64,000 nucleotides of DNA from the human T2T-CHM13v2.0 reference genome, Homo sapiens (GCF_009914755.1 NC_060928.1), one strand, 5' to 3'; shown: positions 33,027 through 49,163, numbered from the stretch's first letter. A program made the numbers and translations. The notes: generated from the sequence alone by a model not told the origin.

Positions 33027-33393
33027 TGTTACAGACTAAATATTCATACCTACCCCCCACATTTATATATTGAAACCTAATCCCTAATATGATAGTATTT
33101 ACAGATGGGGTTTTGGGGAGGTAATTAGGTCATGAGAATGAAGCCCTCATGAATGGGATCAGTGTTCTCATAAAAAAGACCCCAGAGAGATCCCTTGCTC
33201 TTTCCACCATGTGAGAACACAGCAAGAGACAGCCATCTATGAACCAGGTGGCAGGCCCTCACTAGACATTTAATCTGCCAGAGCCTTCATCATGAACTTT
33301 CAGCCTTCAGAACGGTGAGAAATAAAATTATGTTGTTTATAAGTCACACAACCTATTTTATTTTGGATATAGCAGCCTAACCAAATTAAGACA
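33027..33393 (+). mobile_element. MLT1A/MLT1A0-like MaLR solo LTR
   Basis: tgttacagactaaat...ggtaattaggtcatgag...gccctcatgaatgggatcag...gagaaataaa...taagaca. Confidence 0.88.
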
Positions 33394-33521
33394 GATTCCT
33401 TGTTTTTACAGTTTTGGGGTATACACCCAGAAGTGGAATTGCTAGGTCTCATGGTAATTCTACATTTAACCTTATGAGGAATCACCTCCAATTTATTGTT
33501 ATGCTTATTGAAAATATATAG

Positions 33522-34030
33522 TGCCGAGAACAGCTCGGTCATGGAGATCCTAACCCAGTGGCGCTGGAGGAATTGAAGACACACACACAGAAATATAGAG
33601 TGTGGTGTAGGAAATCAGGGGTCTCACAGCCTTCAGAGCTGAGAGCCTCAGACAGAGATTTACCCACATATTTATTGACAGCAAGCCAGTGATAAGCATT
33701 GTTTCTATAGATTATAGATTAATCAAAGTATTCCTTACAGGAAACAAAGGGATGGGTGGAAATAAAGGGATGGGCTCTGGCTAGTTATCTGCAGCAGGAA
33801 CATGTCCTTAAGGCACAGATTGCTCTTGCTATTGTTTGTGGTTCAGGAACGCCTTTAAGTGGTTTTCTGCCCTGGGTGGGCCAGGTGTTCCTTACCCTCA
33901 TTCCGGTAAACCCACAACCTTCAGCTTGGGCATCATGGCCATCAGGAGCATGTCACAGTGCTGCAGAGATTTTGTTTATGGCCAGTTTTGGGGCCAGTTT
34001 ATGGCCAGATTTGGGGGCCTGTTCCCAACA
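33522..34030 (-). mobile_element. MER9 solo LTR (HERV-K HML-3)
   Basis: TG...CA termini; tgttgggaacaggcccccaaatctggccataaactgg on the minus strand; exact 6-bp TSD atatag. Confidence 0.92.
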
Positions 34031-35981
34031 ATATAGTGTTCTAAGTAAAACAAATCCCAATGATGTCTCAAAGTTTGAGGAAACTGCTATTATTTGCTAC
34101 GTATATCAAATGTTTTATCATTTGAAATACGTTCAAGACATCTATTTTACTTACATTTTAGTAGCTTTTGATAAATATTAAAATAACTAGCATATGTTCT
34201 CATGTTTAGTGGGTATTATACTAATACATTAATTTGATTACATTTAAAATACTTATTTGGCTGTGATAATATACTGACCCATTAAGTTATTTTGCCTCTA
34301 AATTTATGAATTCTTTTAAATTTATCTTAATTTACACTACATTACACAGTAAAATGCTTTTTAAACATATATTAATCTCTAAATTCTTTCCATATATGAT
34401 ATAAAAGACATTTTCTCTTGCTGTCTTTCTATACAAATTAACCATTAACTAATGAAAATCAAAATAAAAGGCCACATTTCAAAGGTGTAATTTACATTTG
34501 AAGTGGACGATAAAACCATTTTAGGGTGTGTGAAGCCTACTCTATATATCTCTGATTAAATATCTAACAGTCTAGTATATAAATTCTCACATTTCCATTC
34601 AACAAAAGTCTACACATTTTTCCACATGGTTTTTTTCTCCATTTTTATATGTTCAAATAAAACTACTTTGATATCAAAACACCCACAGTATTGGCCTTAC
34701 TAGTATCTGAATAATGGATTGGCAGTTTGAATAGACACATCTTCCTTTTTAGTTTTGATGCTTTGATGTTTCCCCAGATTGTTAACCTCACTAACTTCGC
34801 CTCTTTATTTCCTATCTTTTATCTTTCATCCTCCACTAATAACTCCATCTGCTGTTCAGTGAACTTGTTAAGTCATAATGATATCTTCTTTCTGTTCCTT
34901 ATCTTTCTTCTCAGAAAAATGTTTTTATCTCATGTTCTACTATGGTTATTTTCTCAAGTCTAATAGCCATAAGCCTAAAAAAAACTTACATAGTACTATT
35001 CAGTTTTCAAAGTTTTTTAAATACACATGATAAAAAGGCACTATTTTACTTTTAAGTATTTCTCAGTTCTCACTTACTATAAAAGCTTGGATTATCACAT
35101 TGATATTATCTTTTATTTCTGAGTCTAGACTATGAACATTGACATCAGAGACAAAGGCAATTTTTGCACTCATATTAATCCTTAATACACATTCTTATAC
35201 TCTTTTTGATGAACACTCTTTATGAATCACAGGAAATATTAGCAAGTAAACCATTGTCAAAAAAATTATAAAAGTCAAAAAAGTTATTGATGGTTTCACC
35301 TACTGAAATACTATTTTATTTTTTAACCTTGAATTATTTTATGCAAATGTTTTCTTTTTCTAGCCTTTAACAGAGAGATTAAATCTCATATAATAGTGTA
35401 TAATCTAAGAAAAATTCTAATTTTAATACACTTCTAAACAACTTTCAGAGACACTATCTTTTTACTGAAAATCATATAGTATTCATTGCCAAGCAACCAG
35501 TGTAGTGTCAAAGAGGAAAGTTCTTTCAGATAAAAATACTACTGCTATAGCAACAAAATATTTTAAAAAGTTTTTATTCATTGTAAAGTGCTCAAAAAAT
35601 TAAATTGTTCTATTTCAAGGGGTATCTTCTAAGGTGTCTACATGCAAGAGAAAAGTAAACAAAGAAAAACAAATACATTTTATTTATTCTCTGTTATTTA
35701 CTTTTATACGTATATGTCATACGGAATCAAATAGATTAATTCCCACTCAAACACTTTAACTATGTGAACTCAATGAAGCTATGTCTGAAAAATAGTCTGT
35801 TTGCCAACATATTTCATGAAGAATATTTTTCAGAGAAAATTATTAGATAAATTAATAACTTTCAAACAACTTGTTCTTTAAAATAAGTCAAATTATTTAG
35901 CTAATCTGTCATAGGTCAGAAAATGCTAATTAAATATTAAATATTTTCCAATAGGAAGAAAAAAAGAGTTCTCCTTCTGCT

Positions 35982-36300
35982 TGTTTTTTGTTTGTTTGTT
36001 TGTTTTGTTTGTTTGTTTTTTGAGATGGAGTCTTGCTCTGTTGCCCAGGCTGGAGTGCAGTGGCACGATCTCGGCTCACTGCAACCTCCGCCCTGGGTTC
36101 AAGTGATTCTTTTACCTCAGCCTCCGAGTAGCTGGGATTACAGGCACATACCACCATACCCAGCTAATTTTTGCATTTTTAGTACAGATGGGGTTTCACC
36201 ATGTTGGTCAGGCTGGTCTTGAACTCCTGAACTCAAGAGATCCACCTGCCTCAGTCTCCCAAAGTACTGGGATTACAGGCATGAGCCGCTGCACCCAGTC
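35982..36300 (-). mobile_element. AluS with (TTTG)n tail
   Basis: Full dimer; flanking tctgctt repeat. Confidence 0.95.
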
Positions 36301-36409
36301 TGCTTCTGTTTCTTTATAGGCCTTGAGATTTTTGGTTTTGTAAAGCATAACATTACTTAATAGAATATATGTGTGTTTGTGTGATGGGAGATGTATATAA
36401 AAAGAATGC

Positions 36410-36950
36410 TGTTGTTTTAAGTAACTATGGCTGCATCACAAACCAATCCAACTTCGAATGGCTTAAACCAACAATAACTATTTGTTTTTAGCTTATGTGT
36501 TTGCAATGTAGGCAGGGCTTATAGGGAAGGTTCATCTATGCTTTATACAGTAACAGCTGGCGCAATTTGACTGGAACTAGAGCATCTGCTTACAAGATGT
36601 CCAGTTATGTGTTCACAACTTGGAGCTCGCTGTAGGATAGACACTTAGCTGGAATTGTGGGCCAGAGCACCCATCTATGCACTTGTTGAATGGCCTGGAT
36701 TTTCTCAAAGCATGACAGTAGCTGGTTTCCAAGGATGAGTGCCCTAGGAGAACCATGTGGCAGCTGTATCACTTTTGATGACTTAACCCCAGGAGTCACT
36801 TCAAGTGTAGTCACATTTTCACCCACATACTAAAGCAGAAAACATAGACCTCTTATCTCTCACTGAGAGGAGTATCAGCATCGAATTGTAACAAAAACAT
36901 GAGGCATAAGAGAACTTGTGAGACCATGATAGACAATACATCCTGCCACA
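36410..36950 (-). mobile_element. Old MaLR LTR (MLT1F/G/H-like)
   Basis: ggctgcatcacaaacc...ggcttaaccaac...gctggtttccaag...ggcagctgtatcacttttgatgac...ctgccaca. Confidence 0.65.
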
Positions 36951-37429
36951 GATACCTAATATGTGAGAAAATTAGCACCTTATTTTCTAATTCTGGCCCA
37001 GTTCCCAATTACGCCTGAAAATGCAGTTTTAGGCTGAGATTATTAATATGAATTTGAAACCAGATGATGTGAGATCAAATCCTGGCCCATTAAGATAATG
37101 GAAGTTATTAGGTATGATTTCCTTTTATTTCTGCCACTTCTCCCCAAATCCCTCCCTAAAGACTTGGACATAGTTTTGTGTGGTTTCTTGTTTGCTTGTT
37201 TGTTTGTTTTGTAAAACTCAACTTTACTTTCTTTGCTAAAGGCATTTCTTCCCAACAGGGAATTGCCCTCACTATTAATTACTTTTATTTTTTCCTTTGG
37301 AATTTTTAGTATCTCTACTTGTACCTTCCTTTTAACTTAAAAATATGTGCAAATTTTCCAGATTCAAAATTGTTATCAAAATACAATAATAGTATTATTT
37401 GATCTCACTTCTCTCTGTAACAATCCTCT

Positions 37430-39010
37430 AATTTCTTCAGTTCTCCACTCACATTTTCCAAAGTAGACTGCACTCTCTTAATTTTCTTTTCCATTTACTG
37501 TCTCTCCGAGTCCACTGCATTGTGACGTTGCTTTATTCACTGTATAGAAATCATTTTAGCTAATATCCACGAGGAACCTGTTGCCAAAGCCAATTGATTC
37601 TCGTCTTCACTTACAGAGCATTTCTATTCCATTTGAACTGCAGAGTTTATTACTTACCTATTTAAACTCTCCCTTCCATTATCTTCCTTGATACCATACT
37701 TGCATGATTCTCCTTATTTTCTCATCTGTTTTCTCATGGTCATTTTTATATGTCCTTCTGTGTATGCATTATTTAAATTTCTGCTGGCTTTAAGATTATC
37801 TTTTTATCCATTTCTTTATTCCTTGATTTATTAAAAATGAAGCTATTAAAATAATTCAGGGCTAAGCTAGGCTCTAAAATTAGAATGGTAAACATAATGT
37901 TAAATTCTCTTCTGTCAGAAGGCCAACAGAATTACATAAACCAGGCACCTAAATAACCTTCTTAAAATGTAGAGCTGTGGTAAGTGCTATTTTGGAGGAA
38001 GGAAATAATTTCATAAGAACATATGCAGGAATACCTACTGTCATTTTCCATTTTACCCACTCCCATTACTCTGTAATGGTGCCTGCTTTCTCCTGCAAAA
38101 TCATAGCATCTTCCTACCTCTCTTCCTTTAATTTGAGTTTACATCAAAATATTTATTGGAAATACGTTCCTACCTCTCTCACAGGAAAGTTGAGCTCAAC
38201 ATATTTAACATTTTAATAACATCTTTGGCTAAGCCACAGTCCTGCATTCCCACCTGTGTCAGTAGTTTGACCTTCTGGGCCATCAGGCATAACTTTTTGC
38301 CTCTCTCTCCCTCTCCACTCTGAATCAAACAGCCCTTTGCTTTTACTTCTTAATTGATTCGTGATTCTGCTCCTTACTCTCATCTCTATTACCTTCCACT
38401 TCCATATTTACGGCACTTAACACTTGAGTATTCGCATGCTAACTTAAAAACTACTTTCTCTGATTGCAGATTTGACCTAGTGAAATCCATCCTCCAATGT
38501 CTTCAAGGCAATTTGTTTAAAAGTTCAGATTAAGTCACTACTCTCTAAAATCCTCAATAGCTTTCCATCATATGAAGATCAAAGCATAAGCTCCTTAATC
38601 AGAAATTCAGAGTAGCTGCTACCCACTTGTGCATCCATTGTTACTTCTCTTTACATTTAAACACATTTAGATAATTTTACCTCTCTACACATAGTTTGTT
38701 TGTTTTTTTTAACCATCTAGATGTCTTAGATCATGCATGTGTTTACTACTAGGAAATATCCTCTCCCTTCTCCCTTTAACTAGGTTGCATACACTGTTTC
38801 ATTTTGCCTTATGTTCAAACAATTGTAACCTGAGCCTCTCCCAAATGCACACATACAAGCTTAATTCATGTATGCAAAAATTCTCTTTGCATATCCTACA
38901 CAATTTACTTTTATATTTTTCTATTTATCTATTTGTGTATATTTATCTCTTTCATGAAGCTGGAGCTCCAAGAATATAAAGAACATGTATGTGTATAGTT
39001 TAGAAACATC
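37430..39010 (+). mobile_element. Degraded L2 fragments
   Basis: Pyrimidine-rich L2-like phrases (gattaagtcactactctctaaaatcctcaatagctttcc). Confidence 0.45.
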
Positions 39011-39709
39011 CTGAATGATAGGTTAGAGATTGAATGTAAGTGTACACAAATAGACAATGGCCTGATCACAATGACAATAGAACTCTGATCCATAACTTTT
39101 TCAGCCACCAGCTGAAGAAGCCAGCCACACACTCTGCACCTCTGCAGCAATCAGTTCAGGAAGTAAAACGTAGACTACAGTAATTAACCCAGAGTGATTG
39201 GAACTTGCTGACTGACTGTAAGCTTCCTATTTTTTGTCCCAACTTCCAACTTAGGACCAACCAGAGAATTCAAATATGTTTATCAAATCAATTACCTTGG
39301 ATGACCAACTTCTACATGACCTGCCTTCAGCTTCTCCATGTCAGTCACCTACAATCAGGGCATACCTGAGGCCATTTGATTTTTTCTACCGTAAATATTT
39401 TCTACCTTCCTGCCTGCTTTCAAGTCTCTGAAAAATGTAAGTGATAATGATTGATTCCTTTGCTATAGCAAACTCTGAAAATACGTTGTTTTCATTTGGG
39501 CGATTATCCTGTATTTCCACAGTATGCCTGGAGAATACACCAAGATGCCATCGGTGTTATATTCTACCATGGAACCTGGTTATCAACTGGGATGTGGTAC
39601 ACATGCAGGCACCCTTTGACTTGTTCCTCACAGCTTGATGAGTCTTGATTTTCATGATAAGTCAGCACCAGATCTAAACTTCACTCTGTTTGCATGAAGT
39701 TCCTTGGCT

Positions 39710-40053
39710 ACTTATTCTTTTCTCACTGCTATAAAGGAATACCTGAGACTGGGTAATATATAAAGAAAAGAAGTTTAATTGACTCACAGTTCCACACTGC
39801 TGGGGAGGCCTCAGGAAACCCACAATCACGGCAGAAGGCAAAGGCACATCTTACATTGCGGCAGAAGAGAGTGAATGAGGAAGTGCCACACTTTAAAACC
39901 ATCAGCTTTCATGAGAACTTACTCATTATCATGAGAACAGCATAGAGGGAACTGTCTCCATGATCCAATCACTTCACACCAGGTCCCTCCCTCAACATGT
40001 AGGGATCACAATTCCAGATGAAATTTGCGTGGGGGCACAACCAAACCTTATCA
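39710..40053 (-). mobile_element. THE1D/MSTA-like MaLR LTR
   Basis: ctgctataaaggaatacctgagactgggtaat...gactcacagttccac...catgatccaatcac...aaaccttatca. Confidence 0.9.
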
Positions 40054-40654
40054 CCAGAGTTTTGTTATTGGTTTCCATTTGTTTAGCATTGGTGGTGGAG
40101 GAAAGACATTTCTTCTTGGCACTTTTTGCTCTGTTTCATTCTTCCATTTTGTTTTGTGCTATGTAAAAGTGTTGCTTTCCATACAAAGATTAATGAGGCA
40201 GAACTAAGGCATTAGCATTATTAGCCTGTTGGCATAGGCCTCACAAACCATTGAGTTCTCTATTCTCACCACACAGATGTCCACTTGGATAACTTTGCTG
40301 TTTGTCACCAATAAAGCTGGATATGATTCTCTTCCTGTTTTGGTTCTTTATCTTGAGGTATTGGCTTTGATCCACAGAACATTTTCTCTGGTTTTCTGCC
40401 CTTTGAAGAGTATGGATTGTTGGGTCTACAATCAGAGGATGTGACCAACAGGTAGGTGGGCAGCCTAAGACACAAAATGTCCAAGCAAGACTTTCAGTCA
40501 ACCATTGCTAGCTGTCATGGTAGTCTCCAAATTTAAATTCTCTTCTACTCCAGGAAAAACTCCTGCTTCTTACATGCAGTCATTACATTTTTAATTCTTA
40601 TGAGTATCTTTCCAAATGACATAATTTCACTAATATAATTTGGGCCTTCAATGG

Positions 40655-41036
40655 GGTTATAGGCTGAATTGTTGCCCCCCTCCCCAATTTATATGTTGAA
40701 GGCTTCATTTCTAGTATCTCAGAATGTGACTGTATTTGGAGATAAGGCCTTTAAAGAGGAAATTAAGGTTAGCTGAGGTCACTAGAGTGGGTCCTAATTC
40801 AATGCGAGTGGTGTCCTTATAAGAAGAGGAGAATATGACATAAACACAGAGGGAAGACATAGGGAAGAGATGGCTACCTACAAGCTAAAGAGAGAGCCCT
40901 CAGAATGAAACCAAACCTGTTGACACCTTGATGTTAGAATTCTAGTCGCCATCCTCCAGAACTGTGAAAAAAATGAATGTTTTTGTTTAAGCTACCCAGA
41001 CTGTGCTACTGTATGGCAGCCCTAGGAAACTAATAT
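40655..41036 (+). mobile_element. MLT1B/C-like MaLR LTR
   Basis: gttataggctgaattg...cagaatgtgactgtatttggagataagg...cctccagaactgtg...ggcagccctaggaaactaata. Confidence 0.9.
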
Positions 41037-42426
41037 TCATGACCTTCCTAAGGAAGAGATTGTTCATTTGAGAAGTGCCTTAAAAAAGATATGGAATCAC
41101 ATTTCTTAGGCCCATTGTGTAACTTTTTGTTTTTTGTATACAGAAGCCTGTTTTCCCCCCAAAAAATGATTAAAAAATTGATTCACTAAAATATTTGTTG
41201 GCCAAAGCTGATGAAATATTTGACAAACATAAGCAGTGATGAACTAGATCACTTTCCTGGTAAATTATTTCTCTTTCTCTTCCAGTTGCCTTCTTTATCC
41301 ATGTCTCCTTCTTCCTCCTTAGCCTTTCAATCTCTTTCCTTCTGAACCTCTAACAACTCATTCCCCCTCTTTCCCTTTTCCAGACTTCTAACCTTTTCCC
41401 ACTGGTTCTTTGAAAACCCCAAATGACACTTTCTCTTAAAAATCAATTCTGCCCTTGAGCCAGGTACGCCAGTAATTATGGAATTTAAACCTTGGGCCCA
41501 GTCTGATAAAGTCTATAATTGAGGGCATATCTAAATCCAGATGCCATCAGAAACTAATAATTGAGGAATTCAGCATTACTTCAGGTTACCTGACCTATAT
41601 CAACTGGTACACACTCTAATCTGAACCTCAGAAACTAAACTATGGATGGCAGAAGCTGATTGTACTAGCTTGGAAAGGCACCTATCGAATCTCTCTTTTC
41701 ACAGTAAACTTGAGGCTAAAAAAAGCTTCTAAAAATAGACAAAAACATTTTAAAAGGCATACAGAAACATTTCTCATAAAAATTGATTGGATCACATCTC
41801 CGACAAAGATATTCTCACTACTAGCTTTTAGAGCCATAATGGTACACTCCCGTGGAAACACATCGGTCATCCTCCTAGTAATTGGAAACTTGGAAGTCCT
41901 CTATGTTCAGGAATACTGTACTCTGTCCTGTTATAAGTAGACATGGCAAAATTTCACAGGGGACTCTTGTACTATATCTATCCTATCACCAAAATGTTAA
42001 GGCCATGCTTCCAAAACATTTTCCTAAACCATCTCATCATGATCTTCAGCCAGTAATTTTGTCAATTTGAAAGGATAAGAGAAAAAGTGCTCTTGAACAT
42101 CACTGGAAACCACCTTATCAGGGACTGTTAACAACAAATGCAGCCATGAAACCCCAAATACAGCCATGAAACTCCAGATACAGCAGTGAAACCCCAGGGG
42201 TCAGTCCTTGGGTACATGTTTCACAATTAAATAAGCAATCCAGAATTCTACAAAATTTAAAGGCTACTACAATAGGAGTACTCAATTTGGGTATTATCAG
42301 AAACGCTGTAGAATCAATTGATCTTCAGAAGACAGCTGAACCAAGATCTTCTGAACAAGTAGTTGCCCCTGAATAGCAGAGAGTTCTGCCTAAGATATCA
42401 TACCAAGACCTAGGGGTAATTCATGG

Positions 42427-42728
42427 TTTTGTTGTTGTTGTTTTGAGACAGGGTCTCACTTTGTTACCCAGGCTGGAGTGCAGTGGCAGGATCTTGGCTC
42501 ACTGCAGTCTTGGACTCCCAGGCTCAGGCAATCCTCCCACCTCAGGCTCCCGAGTAGCTGAAATTATAGGCATGCACCGCCACTCCTAGCTAATTTTTTG
42601 TACTTTTGGTAGGGATGGGGGTTTTGCCATGTTGCCCAGGCTGGTCTCAAATTCCTGAGCTCAAGTGATCTGCCTGCCTCGGCCTCCCAAAGTGCTGGGA
42701 TTACAGTAGTGAGCCACTGCACCTGGCC
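42427..42728 (-). mobile_element. AluJ with (TTG)n tail
   Basis: gagacagggtctcac...ccaggctcaggcaatcctcccacc. Confidence 0.93.
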
Positions 42729-44786
42729 ATGTTTTATTTTTTATCTGCTTTTTATCATCATTCTCCTCATTTTATATAGTTTCATGATCATGATCCATTC
42801 ACAAATGTCTCTTTTCTCTTGTATTTCCTCCATATTTGAATTATTAGCTCAGGATAGAATTGTTTTAATGCCATTTATAGATTATCCAAAACAATAGTCA
42901 CTACCCTAATATTCCTGAATGTTGGATATGCCACCTATTATTAGAAGCTTATGATAATAAGCCCTGGACAATTGTACTCTTATCAAATGGCACCAACGAA
43001 TGACCTTAAACAAATCAACCTGTCAACTGGCTAGTGTCCTTTCCCAGAAAACTAACCAATTACTATTATCTATCAACCAGACCCTAGATCATTCTAAATT
43101 TTGATTCAGTAAACTTCGTAGGGTGTGGAGTGAATTACTACCTGGAAGTGACAAGTGTAGACCCAAATATGTAACCCAGATAAGGTAAGGCCTTGGTTTA
43201 GACCTCATGTCATGAGGAACTTCTTTTTTGCTGGATCCCCATTTACTTCTGTGGACTATTACTTTCACTGTGGCCGCACCTGATCTTGTGTGTGTCAGAT
43301 GAAAACCTCATGCCTGTTAGAACTCATATTCTGAGACTTGCATGTACATAGTGACCTTAATTCTATAAATCACACAGGCTGGAAAATCAATCTCAGACCC
43401 AAGCCCCAAAAGGGGACCACCTTAACTAGTCAAACACTCTATGTAGATAATTATTTACTGGTTCATGCAAACAATCAGAGTAGTGTTCTCAAAGATGGGA
43501 TTCAGACAAATAGAAAGAGTATAAGCTTATCATAACTTTTAAAAAAGTTATTAACAATACTATCACTGCCACAAATGTAATATAGGCCAATATACACTAA
43601 TTAGCATGAGTAGTGAGTAACAATCACATAGGTCTAAGTGTTCTGTTGACTGGTCAGTGTGGCATTTGTAGCATTGCTGTTCATGGTTCAATGAAACATG
43701 CAAAGTAGAATGACTCATATAAAACTTGCAGGAAAAATCTATCTCATCATCTACATTTGATCCTCTCTTGGCCTGGGTTGGGAAATGTGAGATCCATGTT
43801 CCATATTCCTTAAGCGTTTTCTTTTCTTTCACAACAAAGCTTTCCCACTCTTCTAACTGCTTTTTGAGTCTTAAAAACACAAATTATTGTGACTCACTCC
43901 TTTGTATAGTAAACTCTTAATAAATGGCCTCTATTCTTATTTGGGTTGTTTTACTTCTCTATGTGTTTGTATAAAATATTATGATATTTATAAAATATAT
44001 TACTACTATAGCATACACATATGTGTGTGAGTATAGGCATAGCTATATGTATTTACATAAAATGTGTCTAACAATCAATATTTATCTCCATCAATTGATC
44101 TATCAATCAATGTATCTATCTATCTAATTTCTCTGAATTTAAAAGTTAATACTAGGCATTTAATTGGCATATATTATATATTTTTGAAAGAATAAGTAAA
44201 TGAATGTATAACTGAGTGAATAAATGCTTTTATTAATAAGCCTCCATAATTGAAAATTTTTCCTATTAATTAAAATTATTTCAAGATTTACTTTTAATAA
44301 AGGATATGTGTTGAAAAAATATAACAATCAACATTTTTAAGTGTATTTTGTATTACATCTCTTGTTCTTCCCTCCCACGGCTGATACCTTTGTGTACTGC
44401 TGGGTTATTATCTCTCACTCAATCTTATTGGCTTTTCTTGTAAATATACCTACCTGCCATGTATTTCATTGTAAGAATAATTATTTAAAAATTTGGCTTA
44501 GCAAAATAACTCTACAAGAAGCAAAATCAAATCATATTGACTAATATAACAAAGTATAGAAATTCTTAGGTCTTTGTGAGTGTAGCTTTTTACATCAAAC
44601 TACATTCTAGGTGGTAAGTATAGGTAATGCATAATAAATAAAACACAGTGTCTTGAATTCTGTGTGAAAATAATGCTAAAATAAAACTTTGAACAACCTA
44701 CAATGAGAACACAAAGGGAGACGATTGAAGGTGAAGGAAAGCAGGAAGCAGAAATACTTGTAAAAAGATACATATTCGGAATATCA

Positions 44787-45798
44787 GAACAGCTCCAGTC
44801 TGCAGCTCCCAGCGTGATTGATGCAGAAGACAGGTGATTTCTGCATTTCCAACTGAGGTACCTGGTTCTTCTCATTGGGACTGGTTGGACAGTGGGTGCA
44901 GCCCATGGAGGGTGAGCTGAAGCAGGGTGAGTCATCGCCTCACCTGGCAAGTGCAAGGGGTCTGGGGATTTCCCTTTCTTAGCCAAGGGAAGCCATGACA
45001 GACTACCTGGAAAAACAGGACACTCCCCATGCAAATACTGCATTTTTCCCAAGGTCTTAGCAACCGGCAGACAAGGAGATTCTCTCCCATGCCTGGCTCG
45101 ATGGGTCCCACGCCCATGGAGCCTTGCTCAGTGCTAGCGCAGCAGTCTGAGATCTACCTGTGAGGCGGCAGCCTGGCTGGGGGAGGGGCATCTGCCATTG
45201 CTGAGGCTTGAGTAGGTAAACAAAGCAGCCAGGAAGCTCAAACTGGGCGGAGCCTACCGCAGTTCAACAAGGCCTACTGCCTCTAGATTCCACCTCTGTG
45301 GGCAAGAGCATAGCTGAACAAAAGGCAGCAGACAACTTCTGCAGACTTAAACGTTCCTGTCTGACAGTTCTGAAGAGAGCAGTGGTTCTTGCAGCATGTT
45401 GTTTGAGCTCTAAGAACAGACAGACTGCCTCCCCAAGTGGGTCTCTGACCCCCGTGTAGCCTAACGGGGAGACACCTCCCAGTAGGGGCCAACAGACACC
45501 TCATATAGGTGGCTGCCCCTCTGTGATGAAACTTCAAGAGGAAGGATCAGGCAGCAATATTTGGTGCTCTGCAATATTTGCTTGTTCTGCAGCCTCTGCT
45601 GGTGATACCCAGGCAAACAGAGTCTGGAGTGGAACTCCAGCAGACTCCAACAGACATTCATCTGAGGGGTATGACTGTTAGAAGAAAAACTAACAAACAG
45701 AAAGGAATAGCATCAACATCAACAAAAAGTTCACCTACACCAAAACCCCATCTGTAGCTCACCAACATCAAAGACCAAAGGTAGATAAAACCACAAAG
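44787..45798 (+). promoter_or_regulatory. L1 5'UTR internal promoter remnant, CpG-depleted and lacking the first ~25 nt
   Basis: gaacagctccagtctgcagctcccagcgtg start; runs to the ORF1 ATG at 45799. Confidence 0.85.
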
Positions 45799-46824
45799 AT
45801 GGGGAGAAACCAGAGCAGAAAAGCTGAAAATTCTAAAAATCAGAACACCTCTTCTCCTCCAAAGGAACACATCTCCTTGCCAGCAGCAGAACAAAGCTGG
45901 ATATAGAATGGCTTTGACGAGTTGACAGAAGTAGGCTTCAGAAGGTCGGTAATAACAAACTTCTCCAAGCTAAAGAAGGATGTTTGAACCCATCTCAAAG
46001 AAGCTAAAAACCTTGAAAAAAGACTAGATGAATGGCTAACTAGAATAAACAGTGTAGAGAAGACCTTAAATGACCTGATGAAGCTGAAAACCATAGCACA
46101 AGAACTTCGTGATGCATGCACAAGCTTCAATAGCTGATTTGATCAACTAGAAGAAAGGGTATCAGTGATTGAAGATCAGATTAATGAAATAAAGTGAGAA
46201 GACAAGGTTAGAGAACAAACAGTAAAAAGAAACGAACAAAGCCTCTGAGAAATATGGGACTATGTGAAAACACCAAATCTACGTCTGATTGGTGTACCTG
46301 AAAGTGATGGGGAGATTGGAACCAAGCTGGAAAACACTCTTCAGGATATTATACAGAAGAACTTCCCCAACCTAGCAAAGCAGGCCAATATTCAAATTCA
46401 GGAAATGCAGAGAACACCACAAAGATACTTCTCGAGAAGAGCAACCCCAAGACACATAATTATCAGATTCACCAAGGTGGAAATGAAGGAAAAAATGTTA
46501 AGGGCAGCCAGAGAGAAAGGTCGGGTTACCCACAAAGGGAAGCCCATCAGACTAACAGCGGATCTCTCTGCAGAAACCCCACAAGCCAGAAGAGAGTGGG
46601 GACCAATATTCAACATTCTTAAAGAAAAGAATTTTCAATCCAGAATTTCATATCCAGCCAAACTAAGCTTCATAAGTGAAGGAGAAATACAATCCTTTAC
46701 AGACAAGCAAATGCTGAGAGATTTCGTCACCATCAGGTCTGCTTTACAAGAGCTCCTGAAGGAAGCACTAAACATGGAAAGAAACAACCAGTACCAGCCA
46801 CTGCAAAAACATGCCAAATTGTAA
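45799..46824 (+). pseudogene. L1 ORF1p, interrupted by stops; C-terminal 186 aa open
   Basis: atggggagaaaccagagcagaaaag start; [18 protein letters not shown] and YPAKLS motifs. Confidence 0.95.
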
Positions 46825-46920
46825 AGACCATCGATGCTATGAAGAAACTTCAACAATTAATGGGCAAAATAACCAAAGGACATCATGACAGGATGAAATT
46901 CACACATAACAATATTAACC

Positions 46921-49163
<2,243 letters not shown>

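Larger units (their letters stand above)
39030..43960 (+). mobile_element. Ancient ERV1-like provirus remnant: 5' LTR (MER90-like, ~39030-39520), internal region, partial 3' LTR (~43815-43960)
   Basis: Both LTRs share tcctttg(c)tatagYaaactct; gag-like peptides MEFKPWAQSD (41478) and LPDLYQLVHTL (~41586). Confidence 0.65.

Noticed and set aside
33756-34181. 141-aa ORF
   Set aside because: Non-ATG start, antisense to the MER9 LTR and running into AT-rich flank; no recognisable domain
42137-42198. Short repeats as a CRISPR-like array (also 29006-29050 and 17027-17095)
   Set aside because: Only 2-3 units, no series of unique spacers, eukaryotic context
44600-45052. 150-aa minus-strand ORF over the L1 5'UTR
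   Set aside because: Antisense 5'UTR read-through with a non-ATG start; I cannot support it as intact ORF0 or a gene
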